A stretch of DNA of 49,395 nt from Synechococcus sp. (lineage in GTDB: Bacteria > Cyanobacteriota > Cyanobacteriia > Thermostichales > PCC-7336). The notes under the pieces were generated by a model that saw nothing but the letters and a program-made list of their open reading frames with translations, was not told where the DNA came from and searched no databases. The stretch spans positions 1 to 49,395 of the forward strand of contig JBFRWD010000158.1 in the NCBI GenBank assembly GCA_051439425.1, given 5' to 3'. Within the stretch, counting starts at the first letter, position 1. Each line of letters starts with the position of its first letter. Positions 27,608-37,912 of the stretch are shown piece after piece. The position numbers and the translations under genes are program-made.

Positions 27608-28861
27608 ATGCAACCGGTTGCCTCCGATTCCAGCGTCTCCACAGCAACCTCAGCGCAGCATCAAGAGCAGGCTCTATACCCCCTTATGCAACAGCTATTT
27701 CAGCAAAAATTGCATGGTGAGTTAGAGGTCAGATGTGATGATGTTCGTTGGTTGGTCTGCATGCATGAAGGAAAACTCTTCTACGCATCCCATACCGTCG
27801 ATCCGGCAGGACGATTGGCCTCTTTGCTCAGGCGTCTCAGTTTTGATGCACCCAAATTAACGATGCGTGTTCGCGAGCAAGCGTGTACTTTGTTCGGACA
27901 GCGGATCGATGATGGTCACGATCTCCAGGCATATTATTGTGTTATGGACTGGATGCTGAAGCACGGGTACGTGACCGATCGGCAGGTAGAAACAGTGACT
28001 TCTTGGTGGATTGCCAACGCACTTGAATTATTCCTCTTAGTGCGCAATGGACATTACCAACTTAAAGAAACAGAACAACAGAAACATCTCTGCCTATTAG
28101 ATCCCGAACCGCTGTTGCAGCAAAGCCTCGATCACTTATCGGCTTGGACTGAGCTTGGCATTGCAGGTGCATCTATCTACCAGCGCCCCTATTTCTTCAA
28201 TCACGAACTTGCTTGTGAACGGTTATCCGAGGCGGTTGTTCAAAAACTCAGCTCGTTCCTACGTGGAGATAGCTTTTTCCAACTAGCAGCCAAGCTTCAC
28301 CGCAAGGAAATCGAAGTGGTTAAAGGACTGCATGCTTATATTCTGAGTGGCACCATTGTGCTGCGAGATCCCAAATCTCCTTACGATAAATTGCCTAGAA
28401 TTACTCCACAGGCTATTTCTCGCATTACCAAGCTCAGCCAGAGTTTGAGCGGAGATGTTGTAGTCGAGTCAAACGTTCAAGAACCTACCCGCCAATACAC
28501 GGTTGTTTGTATTGACGATAGCCCCGCAATTCTCAATCAGCTGAGCCGTTTTTTGGACGGCGATCGATTTAACGTTCATACCATCAGCAATCCATTGCGG
28601 GCCATGATGTCAATTGCTCGTATCAAGCCCGATGCCATCCTGTTAGATATCGGTATGCCCAATGTGGATGGCTACGAATTGTGCCGCCTCATCCGCAATC
28701 ACTCTAATTTCAAGGATATTCCGATCGTTATGGTGACAGGCCATACAGGGATTTTCGATCGGGCGCGGGCCAAGCTGAGTGGTGCTTCTGGATATTTGAC
28801 GAAACCATTCACTCAAACGGAACTTATTGAGTTGCTAACGAAACATTTAGAAGCTGAATAG
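27608..28861 (+). CDS. PatA-type response regulator (PixG-like)
   Basis: N-terminal PATAN-like region; C-terminal receiver with VVCIDDS, LLDIGMP.VDGYELC and YLTKPF; GGAG RBS before ATG 27608. Confidence 0.9.
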   Translation: MQPVASDSSVSTATSAQHQEQALYPLMQQLFQQKLHGELEVRCDDVRWLVCMHEGKLFYASHTVDPAGRLASLLRRLSFDAPKLTMRVREQACTLFGQRIDDGHDLQAYYCVMDWMLKHGYVTDRQVETVTSWWIANALELFLLVRNGHYQLKETEQQKHLCLLDPEPLLQQSLDHLSAWTELGIAGASIYQRPYFFNHELACERLSEAVVQKLSSFLRGDSFFQLAAKLHRKEIEVVKGLHAYILSGTIVLRDPKSPYDKLPRITPQAISRITKLSQSLSGDVVVESNVQEPTRQYTVVCIDDSPAILNQLSRFLDGDRFNVHTISNPLRAMMSIARIKPDAILLDIGMPNVDGYELCRLIRNHSNFKDIPIVMVTGHTGIFDRARAKLSGASGYLTKPFTQTELIELLTKHLEAE

Positions 28862-28929
28862 GGAACGTTATAGGCATGCGACCTGACGTTCGCTGTCAGA
28901 CAGACATATCTACAAGCTGGAGTAAGTAA

Positions 28930-29292
28930 ATGAGTACAATTTTGGTCGTTGATGACACTAAATCAGAACTCGAACTGATGGGTGATTATCTTCGTAAAAG
29001 CGGACACACAGTTGTTTGTACCGATGATGCACATGAGGCTCTTGAAACCGTAACCAATTACGAAATTGATGCAATTGTTGCCGATGTAGTAATGCCCGGC
29101 ATGAGCGGATTTGAACTCTGTCGCCAACTAAAATCTAGCCCCATCACGAACAGCGTTCCGATCATATTTTGTTCGAGCAAAGACAAAGAAATCGATCGCC
29201 TGTGGGCCTTGAAGCAGGGTGCAGATGCCTATTTGTCTAAACCCGTAACTCAGAAGGATTTGGCTTCAGCTGTTGCCAAAGTTGTAGCGTAA
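28930..29292 (+). CDS. CheY-like single-domain response regulator (PixH-like)
   Basis: ILVVDD, DVVMPGMSGFELCR, DRLWA.KQGADAY..KP. Confidence 0.93.
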   Translation: MSTILVVDDTKSELELMGDYLRKSGHTVVCTDDAHEALETVTNYEIDAIVADVVMPGMSGFELCRQLKSSPITNSVPIIFCSSKDKEIDRLWALKQGADAYLSKPVTQKDLASAVAKVVA

Positions 29293-29469
29293 AGGTTCTA
29301 AATACGCAGCAACTTATCCCATCGTTGTTCGTTCATCTTGACTGTTGAGTAGAGCTGACAGCCCGAAGCAGGTCGCTGACCTGCGAGGCTGAAAGCTTGT
29401 GCCTCAAATTGTTTGAGTTGAACGGGTGTGTCGTAGATAGATGAACTGTTGTTTGAGATGTAACATCCC

Positions 29470-29973
29470 GTGAACGTAGCCCCACTTACGATCGCCCCAG
29501 AGTTGCTCGATCGTCAGCTATCCACTCAAGCCTTTTTGAGGTTGCGGCTGGATCCTAAAACTCTGCTTCTCTTGCCGATGGATAGCGTTCTAGAAGTATT
29601 GACGCTCCCCATTCAGCGTGTTTCAGTAATGCCCAATATGCCGGGTTGCGTGATGGGTCTGTTGAACCGGCGTAGCAAGGTTATTTGGGCAGTTGATTTG
29701 GCTCATATGTTAGGAGGTAGACCTCTCGAATCGCACTTGCAGCAACTGACTGCGGCAATCGTTCATGCCCAGAAAGATCGACTGGGATTAATGGTGCGGG
29801 CGATCGAGGGGGTTCAGCGATTCAACCCCGATCTGATTCAATCCCCGCTAGGTGGGGTTGTAGAAGAGCAATGGGTGCCCTACGTTCGCGGGTGCATTTT
29901 AGAGGGGAGCGAGATTTTAATGGTTCTCGATCCTCAATCCATTGCACAATCCGCCCAACTCAAAGGGCTTTAG
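29470..29973 (+). CDS. cheW: CheW adaptor (PixI-like)
   Basis: EVL.LP.....MPNMP..VMGLLN.R..V.W.VDL and LGL.V..I.GV.RF. Confidence 0.9.
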   Translation: MNVAPLTIAPELLDRQLSTQAFLRLRLDPKTLLLLPMDSVLEVLTLPIQRVSVMPNMPGCVMGLLNRRSKVIWAVDLAHMLGGRPLESHLQQLTAAIVHAQKDRLGLMVRAIEGVQRFNPDLIQSPLGGVVEEQWVPYVRGCILEGSEILMVLDPQSIAQSAQLKGL

Positions 29974-30137
29974 GATTGATACCTTTTTCGGAGTCAATTC
30001 AACTTCGATTCGATTCTTCTTGACTTCAATTTTGGCAATTTGACTGCTTTGTTTTTTAACGCAGTTTGCATTTTTCTCACTATCCAACTTCGGTCCATAT
30101 TCGGACTTCCTACGACGTAACACTGAGGTAGACTTTC

Positions 30138-32360
30138 ATGGCTTCCAATAGCAACCCCGAACTGAAACCCCGCAAGAATGCCCCGAATGCGCAATCAGCA
30201 TCGCAACTGGAAAACGTCACTGTTGCCGGCCAGGATTTACCTCTGAAGCGAAGAAAATCAGCACCTGCGGAGCCAGCACCGTCTGTATCTGCTGCGCCCA
30301 AAAAAACAGCAGTACCCACCAGCAAAATTTCAGTAGGGTCGCGGTCTCAGAGCCAAGAAGCGTCTTCCATTCTGACTAATAGACCCTTGCTGATTGGTGC
30401 ATCATTGTTAGTTGGTGCTGTGCCGGTATTAGTTCTGGGAGGGTTTGCCTACAATCTGATTAGTGGTCAACTACAGGACAGTTCAATCACTCAGCAACAA
30501 TCATCTGCTCTTGAATTGAGCAATGCTTTCAGCTCGATCACTCTTGAGTCAATTAGTTCTCAATCTCAAGCAGTTTCTAACCTGGGTATTTTGCGGAACC
30601 CACGAGTTATCGAAAATACAACTATTGAATGGAAGACCGACCTATTTCAGCGATTTGTTAATCAAGGTCTTGGCAGTGTAGAAGCAATTAAGTTTGACGA
30701 TACCGACAGCTTTTCTGCAGGGGATAACAGATTGATCGGCCAGAATAGCTCCGATCTTTCAGATATTGCACTTGAAGAGGGCTTTCATATCGACACTATT
30801 TGGAATAGCGAATCACCTGAAGCCTCCTCTTTTGTTGCCTCGTTGCCAATTGAAAATTTTGAAACCAATCAAACTAGTGGCGTTTTGATTACTCGTATCT
30901 CGTTAGACACTATCAATCAACAATTTAACGAGAGTATTGAATTCTTGGAGGCTAGTCTGGGATTACAAGAAGCGCAGGAATACGGTATCGATTCGCAAGG
31001 TCGAATCCTTGCAGGATCTGGCTCCATCGAAATTGGTAGCCAGGTGGGCGAACTGTTCCCTTGTGTGAGTAACTTTGCCGGCAGCGGAAATCTTCAGACG
31101 GAGATCTGTCGCCAGAACGGTACTAACCGGGAATTCCTGCTAACCTATGCCCCCGTTTCTGATAGCAGTATGGAAGCGAGCTTGGGACTTGGAGTTGTCC
31201 TGGCGCAACCACGTTCACTTGCTTTTAGTGCACAAAGCACCTTAGATAGAACATTTGGCTTGGGCACCTTTGGAACTGCTGGTGCAATTGGAATCTTGGG
31301 AGCCGTTCTGGCACAGATTCTCTACAAACAGCGGCAAACTGCGGAAGAGCAAAAGCGTCAGACTGAAACCATTCAAACTCAGGTACTAACTCTACTAACA
31401 GACATTGATGGTGCAGCAAAAGGAGACTTAACTGTACGTGCCGATGTATCGGAAGGGGAAATTGGTACGGTTGCTGACTTCTTTAACTCAATTGTAGAAA
31501 GTTTGCGTCAGATTGTAGACCAAGTAAAAACAGCTGCAGGTGAGGTAAACACCTCCCTGAGTGATGATGAAGTCTCGGTACGCAAACTGGCGGAAGACTC
31601 GCTGCGACAGGCCGAGGAAACGACTCGGACACTTGTCTCTGTTGAGCAAATGTCAGAGTCCATTCAAGAAGTATCGAGCAGTGCGCGAAGAGCAGCAGAA
31701 GTAACCCAAACCGTTGCGACAACGGCTGAGGTGGGGGGTGAGGTCATGGACCGCACGGTACAAAGTATTGTGGACTTGCGAGAAACAGTTGCAGAAACAG
31801 CCAAGAAAGTAAAGCGATTGGGTGAATCATCCCAACAGATTTCGAAGGTGGTTTCGCTGATTAACGAAATTGCGCTACAGACCAACCTACTAGCCATTAA
31901 CGCCAGTATTGAGGCGGCTCGTGCTGGTGAAGAAGGCCGAGGTTTTGCGGTGGTTGCAGAAGAAGTTGGTAAGCTGGCGGCTCAGTCAGCAACTGCGACC
32001 AAAGAGATTGAAACGATCGTTCAAACCATTCAGCTAGAAACGGGTGAGGTGGTTGAAGCGATGGAAGTCGGTACCAGCCAAGTAGTCGAAGGTACGCAGT
32101 TGGTTGAAGAAACCAAGCGTAGTCTGGAGAAACTGTTTGAGGCATCCGGTCAAATTGACCAGTTGGTTCAATCGATTTCAACCGCAACGGTCTCTCAGAC
32201 TCAAACGTCTCAGAAAGTATCGGATCTGATGAAGGAAATTGCGTTAATCTCCGAACAAACGTCGGCTTCGTCACGTCAGGTATCCGGTTCCCTGCAAAAG
32301 ACGGTAGAAATTGCAGATGAACTACAGGCCTCGGTGCAGGCATTTAAGGTTGACAGCTAA
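30138..32360 (+). CDS. methyl-accepting chemotaxis protein (PixJ-like signalling domain, periplasmic Cache-like sensor, no GAF)
   Basis: Two TM segments flanking about 270 aa; GDLTVRA....EIG.VADFFN HAMP; hairpin [33 protein letters not shown]. Confidence 0.93.
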   Translation: MASNSNPELKPRKNAPNAQSASQLENVTVAGQDLPLKRRKSAPAEPAPSVSAAPKKTAVPTSKISVGSRSQSQEASSILTNRPLLIGASLLVGAVPVLVLGGFAYNLISGQLQDSSITQQQSSALELSNAFSSITLESISSQSQAVSNLGILRNPRVIENTTIEWKTDLFQRFVNQGLGSVEAIKFDDTDSFSAGDNRLIGQNSSDLSDIALEEGFHIDTIWNSESPEASSFVASLPIENFETNQTSGVLITRISLDTINQQFNESIEFLEASLGLQEAQEYGIDSQGRILAGSGSIEIGSQVGELFPCVSNFAGSGNLQTEICRQNGTNREFLLTYAPVSDSSMEASLGLGVVLAQPRSLAFSAQSTLDRTFGLGTFGTAGAIGILGAVLAQILYKQRQTAEEQKRQTETIQTQVLTLLTDIDGAAKGDLTVRADVSEGEIGTVADFFNSIVESLRQIVDQVKTAAGEVNTSLSDDEVSVRKLAEDSLRQAEETTRTLVSVEQMSESIQEVSSSARRAAEVTQTVATTAEVGGEVMDRTVQSIVDLRETVAETAKKVKRLGESSQQISKVVSLINEIALQTNLLAINASIEAARAGEEGRGFAVVAEEVGKLAAQSATATKEIETIVQTIQLETGEVVEAMEVGTSQVVEGTQLVEETKRSLEKLFEASGQIDQLVQSISTATVSQTQTSQKVSDLMKEIALISEQTSASSRQVSGSLQKTVEIADELQASVQAFKVDS

Positions 32361-32373
32361 ACGCATTTAAACT

Positions 32374-32404
32374 CCGCTGCGGTTACCAGACTGCAGCGGT
32401 TATT
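32374..32404 (+). terminator. intercistronic hairpin between MCP and cheA
   Basis: CCGCTGCGGT-TACCAG-ACTGCAGCGG 10 bp stem (one G-U) followed by TTATT. Confidence 0.5.
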
Positions 32405-32540
32405 CCCGATCTCGATCGCTAGTCCTACAACGGTTCTTTCTCCCTCAATAGCTATGGCTTGCCAGGGTGACAGGTGCTGGCTAGGAACCTCAGCGCGATC
32501 GTTCTTTCCCAACCTTCTGCAGAGAGCCACAGGCCGGGCC

Positions 32541-35500
32541 ATGACACACGATACCGAACAGGAAGTAAAACTGCAGTTTCTAGAAGAGGCTGCAGATTAT
32601 CTAGATGCGATAGAAACAGCAATTCTGGGTCTAACCCAAGGGGATATCAACGAGCATCTGTTTGCCGCTTTGCGCGCCGCCCACTCTGTTAAGGGGGGCT
32701 CGGCAATGATGGGATTTATTACCCTGAGCCAGGCTGCTCACCGTTACGAAGATTCTCTGAAGGCCCTCAAATTCCAACCGGATCTGCTGTCTGCTGAAGT
32801 GGATAAGCTTCTGCTCTCAGGGCTAGATGGTCTGCGACAAATTTCCGACCACAATCGATCGCTAGACGGACACGAACAACCACCTGAATGGTTAGACAGC
32901 CGTATGACCCCCGTGTTCGATCGCTTGCGCGAGCTATTGGGAGACCCCACTCCTGAAAACGATGCTGTTCTGCTGGCTGAGTCGGACGGCCAAGATTTAT
33001 CTACGTTGATGTTTGAAACTGAAGTTGAGGCTTGTCTGCTTGAGCTAGAAACGGCACTCGATACTCCGGATCGACTTAATCTGCGCGAGACATTTCAGGT
33101 TGCCGCCCAGGATTTGGGTGGCGTTGGGGAAATGCTGGAGTTGGAAGCATTTTGCTCGCTGTGTCAGTCTGTTGCCGAATGTATCGAAACCGTCCCTCCC
33201 CATCAGTTTGACACTGTAGCTCGTGAAGCCTTGCAACTTTGGAAGCGATCTCGCGCACTCGTATTAGCGGGGCAGGCTCAACTATTGCCGAGAGAACTGG
33301 TTGTTGATGTAGGAGCCGCTGCCGAGGTTTCCGTCAGTGGAGAAGACGCTTCTGTTGCAAGTAAGATCGAGTTTGACAGTGCTGCTATTGATATAGTTGA
33401 AGCATTTTCATTGGCTGAAGAAGCAGAGCAAGAGCTAGAGGATGGAGAAGAATTCCTAGCATTAATGGCTGCAGCATCTACTGAGCAATTATCTGAGGAG
33501 TCGGCTGACATTGAGAGGGAGTGGGTTGGGGAGGCTCCCGAGTTAGCTGAGTCTCCAGAGCTGTTGCCACCTGATTTGTTGTCGCCAGATACGACAGAGC
33601 TTGATGTGTCTACTATTGGGTTGTCTGAAGACTCATGGTTGAATGACCCAGCGTTGGAGTCGGCCCTATCGAGCGAGACTGATTCTTTATTGGAAGGAGA
33701 TGCAGAGCTCGGGTTGGAGTCTCTGTTAGAGACATTGGAAGAAGCTGCAGATGCAACATCAGACCTGGTTGAGTTACCCGTTTCTGAAGAATTAACTGCA
33801 TCTGAGATCTTATCCATACCTGAAACACAGGCGGCTGAGACTATTGCTGCAGAGATACAGACTAAGCAAGACGGCTTACAGGCCAATGTAGAACTAGCTG
33901 AAGAACCCGCTGCACGGTTGACCCCCCCTTCAGAGCCTGAAACGAGCCGTTCTGACAAGATTGTGTCCCAGTTAGCGGCCAAACCAAAAGCCACAGGTGA
34001 TACGCAAACAGCCGCTCGTACCGTTCGTGTCACCATCGAGAAACTAGAGCGAATTAACAATTTGTTCGGAGAATTTGCAATTGAGCGAAATGCGTTGTCG
34101 CTCCACTTGAGTCGTTTGCAAAACCTATTTGCGAATCTCAGCGATCGCGTCAAATTCCTCGAACAATCGCGACTCAATTTACGTACCGCCTATGACAAAG
34201 CGTCGGCGGCCCCGGCTCTTGCAACAGTGGGTGGCCCCTCGATTCCTGCGACCTTTGGACAAAGCAGCTTTGATAGCTTGGAAATGGATAGCTATAGCGA
34301 GCTGCACCTGGTTTCTCAGGAGTTAATGGAAACGATTGTTCAGGTGGAAGAAATTGCCTCTGACGTCGAACTGAGTTTGCAGGAAGCCCATTTAGCCAAC
34401 AACGATATCAACCGCACCTCTAAACTCCTGCAAACGAACCTAACTCGCTTGCGCATGCGTCCGTTCCAAGAACTGGTGGGCCGGTTCCCTAGGGCAGTGC
34501 GAGACTTGTGCCACAAGTACAACAAGGATGTACGGCTACAGATTCAAGGGGGCGGTACCTTGCTAGAACGTGCAGTTCTGGATCTGCTGGGCGATCCATT
34601 GATGCACCTGATGCGGAATGCCTTCGACCACGGTATCGAACCTGCTGGCACTCGACGTCAAGCGGGTAAATCCGAGCATGGGACGATCGAGATTGTGGCC
34701 CAAGCCCGCACCCACAGTACGGTCATTGAGGTGCGGGATGATGGGGGCGGTATTGATGTGAATAAGCTGCGCCAGCGAATGGCCGCGATGGGCTACTCTC
34801 AAGCGGAAATTGAGGGGGCTAGCCGCAGTCAAATTCTCGATCTCATTTTTGAACCTGGTTTCAGCACTGCCGATGAGGTAACTGAGTTATCCGGTCGCGG
34901 TATCGGCATGGATGTTGTCCGCTCTAATTTGCAACAGATTCGCGGCTCTATTAGCGTGGATACCGAGCTGGGGAAAGGGACAACGTTTACCTTAGAAGTC
35001 CCGATCGCTCTGTCTTCAATGCGAATTTTGATGGCAGAAAGTGCTGGCATGTTAGTGGCCTTTCCCTTGGATGCCATTGAAGAAATTTTGCTGTTAGATG
35101 GTGAATCTGCCGTCGATTCTAAGGACGGTCACATTCTCAATTGGGATGGATATGCCCTGCCGGTGATCTCAATGGGCTCTCTGGTGCAATTCAACCGACC
35201 TCAACCCCCTGTTGAGATGGAGAACGAGCCCATCATGGCGAGTCGAGCGGCTCTAGTGATGGTTCAAGGTCCGGATGCATTTGCGATCGCGATCGACCGC
35301 CATTGGGGAGAGCAAGAAATTGTTGTTCGTCAGGTGGAAGGTTCCCTTCCATTACCAACAGGATTTACAGGCTGCACCATTTTGGGGGATGGCCAGGTCG
35401 TACCGTTGGCCGACATTACGACGATGTTCCAAGTGGTGCGCGGAGATGCTATTCCGAAGGGTGTGTCCGCTCCTAGCGAGACGACATCTGACGATGAAGA

Positions 35501-35921
35501 TGTTCCTGAAGGTGCAGAGCCCGCATCAATGGCTGCAGTGTCTGCACGTAAATCAATCTTGGTGGTGGACGATTCCACAAACGTGCGCCGCTTCTTGGCA
35601 CTAACATTGGCGAAAGCTGGATACCAACCGGAACAGGCCAAAGATGGTCAGGATGCGCTGGAAAAATTACGCTCTGGTTTAGATGTTCAAGCAGTGATTT
35701 GCGACATCGAGATGCCACGTATGGATGGATTTGGTTTCTTGGCCCATGTTAGGGCCGATGCCAAGTTGGCTAAACTGCCGATCGCTATGCTGACTTCTCG
35801 GAGCGGCGGTAAGCACCGCTCGCTAGCGATGGAACTGGGGGCTACGGCCTACTTCACCAAGCCCTATCAAGAGTTCGAGCTGCTACAAAAACTCGAACAA
35901 ATGGTTAACAGTCGTATCTAG
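32541..35921 (+). CDS. cheA: hybrid CheA histidine kinase (Hpt-kinase-CheW-receiver; PixL-like)
   Basis: Hpt RAAHSVKG, acidic linker, HL.RNAFDHGIE, DDGGGI, IFEPGFST, SGRGIGMDVV, CheW domain, C-terminal receiver. Confidence 0.95.
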   Translation: MTHDTEQEVKLQFLEEAADYLDAIETAILGLTQGDINEHLFAALRAAHSVKGGSAMMGFITLSQAAHRYEDSLKALKFQPDLLSAEVDKLLLSGLDGLRQISDHNRSLDGHEQPPEWLDSRMTPVFDRLRELLGDPTPENDAVLLAESDGQDLSTLMFETEVEACLLELETALDTPDRLNLRETFQVAAQDLGGVGEMLELEAFCSLCQSVAECIETVPPHQFDTVAREALQLWKRSRALVLAGQAQLLPRELVVDVGAAAEVSVSGEDASVASKIEFDSAAIDIVEAFSLAEEAEQELEDGEEFLALMAAASTEQLSEESADIEREWVGEAPELAESPELLPPDLLSPDTTELDVSTIGLSEDSWLNDPALESALSSETDSLLEGDAELGLESLLETLEEAADATSDLVELPVSEELTASEILSIPETQAAETIAAEIQTKQDGLQANVELAEEPAARLTPPSEPETSRSDKIVSQLAAKPKATGDTQTAARTVRVTIEKLERINNLFGEFAIERNALSLHLSRLQNLFANLSDRVKFLEQSRLNLRTAYDKASAAPALATVGGPSIPATFGQSSFDSLEMDSYSELHLVSQELMETIVQVEEIASDVELSLQEAHLANNDINRTSKLLQTNLTRLRMRPFQELVGRFPRAVRDLCHKYNKDVRLQIQGGGTLLERAVLDLLGDPLMHLMRNAFDHGIEPAGTRRQAGKSEHGTIEIVAQARTHSTVIEVRDDGGGIDVNKLRQRMAAMGYSQAEIEGASRSQILDLIFEPGFSTADEVTELSGRGIGMDVVRSNLQQIRGSISVDTELGKGTTFTLEVPIALSSMRILMAESAGMLVAFPLDAIEEILLLDGESAVDSKDGHILNWDGYALPVISMGSLVQFNRPQPPVEMENEPIMASRAALVMVQGPDAFAIAIDRHWGEQEIVVRQVEGSLPLPTGFTGCTILGDGQVVPLADITTMFQVVRGDAIPKGVSAPSETTSDDEDVPEGAEPASMAAVSARKSILVVDDSTNVRRFLALTLAKAGYQPEQAKDGQDALEKLRSGLDVQAVICDIEMPRMDGFGFLAHVRADAKLAKLPIAMLTSRSGGKHRSLAMELGATAYFTKPYQEFELLQKLEQMVNSRI

Positions 35922-36014
35922 CAGCAGCGATAGATCGTTCTCTGATTGCTACGCCCTCGCGGCAGTTGCAGGTACTGTACAGCTCGCTCTTTGTTCATCT
36001 CGCGGAATCGTTCC

Positions 36015-36518
36015 ATGCCTCTATTAACAACCCCCCGCCGCAGGCGATTAGCTAGCACTTACAAGCAAGCAACACGCCAATTGATCTCATTTCAGTTACG
36101 CCAGGAATGGTGTGCACTGCCTATCGACTCTGTAGAGAAAGTGGTGCTGATGGGGACTGTTTACGGCGATCCCAATCAAACTGGGGTGAGTGTGACCCCA
36201 TACGAAGGCCGTGAGTTGGTGGTAGTTGATGTGGGGTATCGCATTTTTGGTGATGCACAGGCTGTCCCTTCCAACCGACTCGAATCTCAAACGGTGCGTT
36301 TTTTACTGATTGTCCGAGATAACTCGGGCAATAGGGTGGGCCTACCGATTGACTCTGCTCCTGCAGTACAGCGCGTGCCAGTTGACAGTGTTGCACCGCT
36401 GTCAACTGCCTACCAGTCGGAGGGCAGTCTGCAGTGTGTCAGTTCCTTGGCCGTTCAGTCGGAAGATTCGGCTCCTATTTTTCTGCTAGATACCGAAAAA
36501 ATTTGCAATACACAGTAA
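36015..36518 (+). CDS. cheW: second CheW-like protein
   Basis: LISFQL..EW.ALPI..V.KV, VGLPID..P and IFLLD; last gene of the taxis cluster. Confidence 0.85.
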   Translation: MPLLTTPRRRRLASTYKQATRQLISFQLRQEWCALPIDSVEKVVLMGTVYGDPNQTGVSVTPYEGRELVVVDVGYRIFGDAQAVPSNRLESQTVRFLLIVRDNSGNRVGLPIDSAPAVQRVPVDSVAPLSTAYQSEGSLQCVSSLAVQSEDSAPIFLLDTEKICNTQ

Positions 36519-36568
36519 AGATTAGTCGTTACGGCTAGCGATGCATTAGTAATGCATGTGGCCGTAAA

Positions 36569-37819
36569 TCACTGAAGCGATCGCCCTTTCCACGTCCAGT
36601 TGCGACCGGTGCTTGTACGATAGGCCGAGGTCAGAAAAATCGCGATAGTCACCAAACCACCCACCCCCGACAACCACCAGTAGCGGAGCGGGAGATTGGC
36701 CCATTTGCTTAGCATCAGGCGAATGAGGAGATGGAAGGCAATCGCGGCGATCGCCAGATATAGAAGCAATCCATTACCGGTGACGAGTCCTAGAACTCCT
36801 CCCACCCATGGCACCAGAAACATTCCTCCAAGTGCCAAAATTGCAAACAGCCATAACAGCCAGTTGCGTTCTACGGCCTCAAACGCATTTTTCGTCCAAC
36901 CTTCCCATAGCTGGGCAGAGTTTTGGTACATGCGCAATTTGACCAAACTACCGCTGTAAGTGAAGTGCAGTCCTAGGTTGTGCCGTTTAATCCTGCTAGC
37001 TAGTTCTACGTCTTCGACCACACATTCCCTAGCGGCAGCATGGCCTCCAATCTCCAGATATGCCGACCGTTCGAATAACATGAATGGACCGGCAGCAAAC
37101 GCATCCGCCCGCTCGGAATCGTTTACCAAATTGGGCTCGAACCATCCTGCCATTGACGCCATCATGATGGGTTGAACGAGCCATTCGGCAAAACATCCAC
37201 ACACTATTTCGGGAGCAATTGTCAGCAACCCCACTTCTTTGTGGCGGGCAAGGGCGATCGCTGCTTCCAATGCCCCAGGCTCGAGTGTGGCGTCACAATC
37301 TAGGAACAGCAGGTATTTGGGCATTGTTTCCTGACGAGGAAGCAGTTGTTGGACGGCATAATCACAGGCCCAGTTTTTTCCCACCCAGCGTTCGTTCTCG
37401 GGACGGGGGGGAACGCGCACGATTGAGAGGCGATTGTCAGCTCTCTCCAGTTGCAATTGCTCTGTTAAGGCTGCTGTCTCGTCAGTGGAACTGTCGTCAG
37501 CCAGAATAATCTGTACGGGAGATGTCGTGCTATCCAGAATTGAAGTCAAGCAGGACACGACGTTTCGTTCTTCGTTGTAAGCCGGGACAATAATAGCAAT
37601 GTCGGTTTCAGCTATCTCATAGGCAGAGGCCAGTTTCTCTGTTGTCTTCTTCCCCTGTTGACTTTTCTCAGTGATGCTAGCGTGAACTCCCGCTTGCAGG
37701 TGAGGGGCAGATGTCAAGGCAAAAAAGAGCTTCCAAGCTAGACCGCTCAGTCCTACTAGCGAGCCTGCGACCGCTAGCTGTTCGGCCCGGGCGAGGGATA
37801 GGTTCAAAATGTCCAGCAC
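36569..37819 (-). CDS. family 2 glycosyltransferase (CruG-like, possible carotenoid glycosyltransferase)
   Basis: IIVPAYNEE, DD.STD.T, WVGKNWAC, LFLD.D, GPFMLF.R.AY..IGGH, VEDV.LA, LWEGWTKN, C-terminal TMs and WKGR. Confidence 0.85.
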   Translation of the reverse strand: MLDILNLSLARAEQLAVAGSLVGLSGLAWKLFFALTSAPHLQAGVHASITEKSQQGKKTTEKLASAYEIAETDIAIIVPAYNEERNVVSCLTSILDSTTSPVQIILADDSSTDETAALTEQLQLERADNRLSIVRVPPRPENERWVGKNWACDYAVQQLLPRQETMPKYLLFLDCDATLEPGALEAAIALARHKEVGLLTIAPEIVCGCFAEWLVQPIMMASMAGWFEPNLVNDSERADAFAAGPFMLFERSAYLEIGGHAAARECVVEDVELASRIKRHNLGLHFTYSGSLVKLRMYQNSAQLWEGWTKNAFEAVERNWLLWLFAILALGGMFLVPWVGGVLGLVTGNGLLLYLAIAAIAFHLLIRLMLSKWANLPLRYWWLSGVGGLVTIAIFLTSAYRTSTGRNWTWKGRSLQ

Positions 37820-37912
37820 TGATAGGAAACCTCAATATTCAATTGGCATTATCACTGAGAGAGGCTGTTCCAGCGGACGCTCAGGCAGTTTTCCCTAGAA
37901 AAGGAGGAGTTT

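Noticed and set aside
29330..29400. Glutamine (glnA-motif) riboswitch
   Set aside because: Only the 5' CGTTCATCT matches; the GGAAGTA and GAAGGAACG elements are absent and the context is not nitrogen-related.
33278..34177. 299 aa Ser-rich antisense ORF
   Set aside because: Shadow of the acidic low-complexity linker of cheA.
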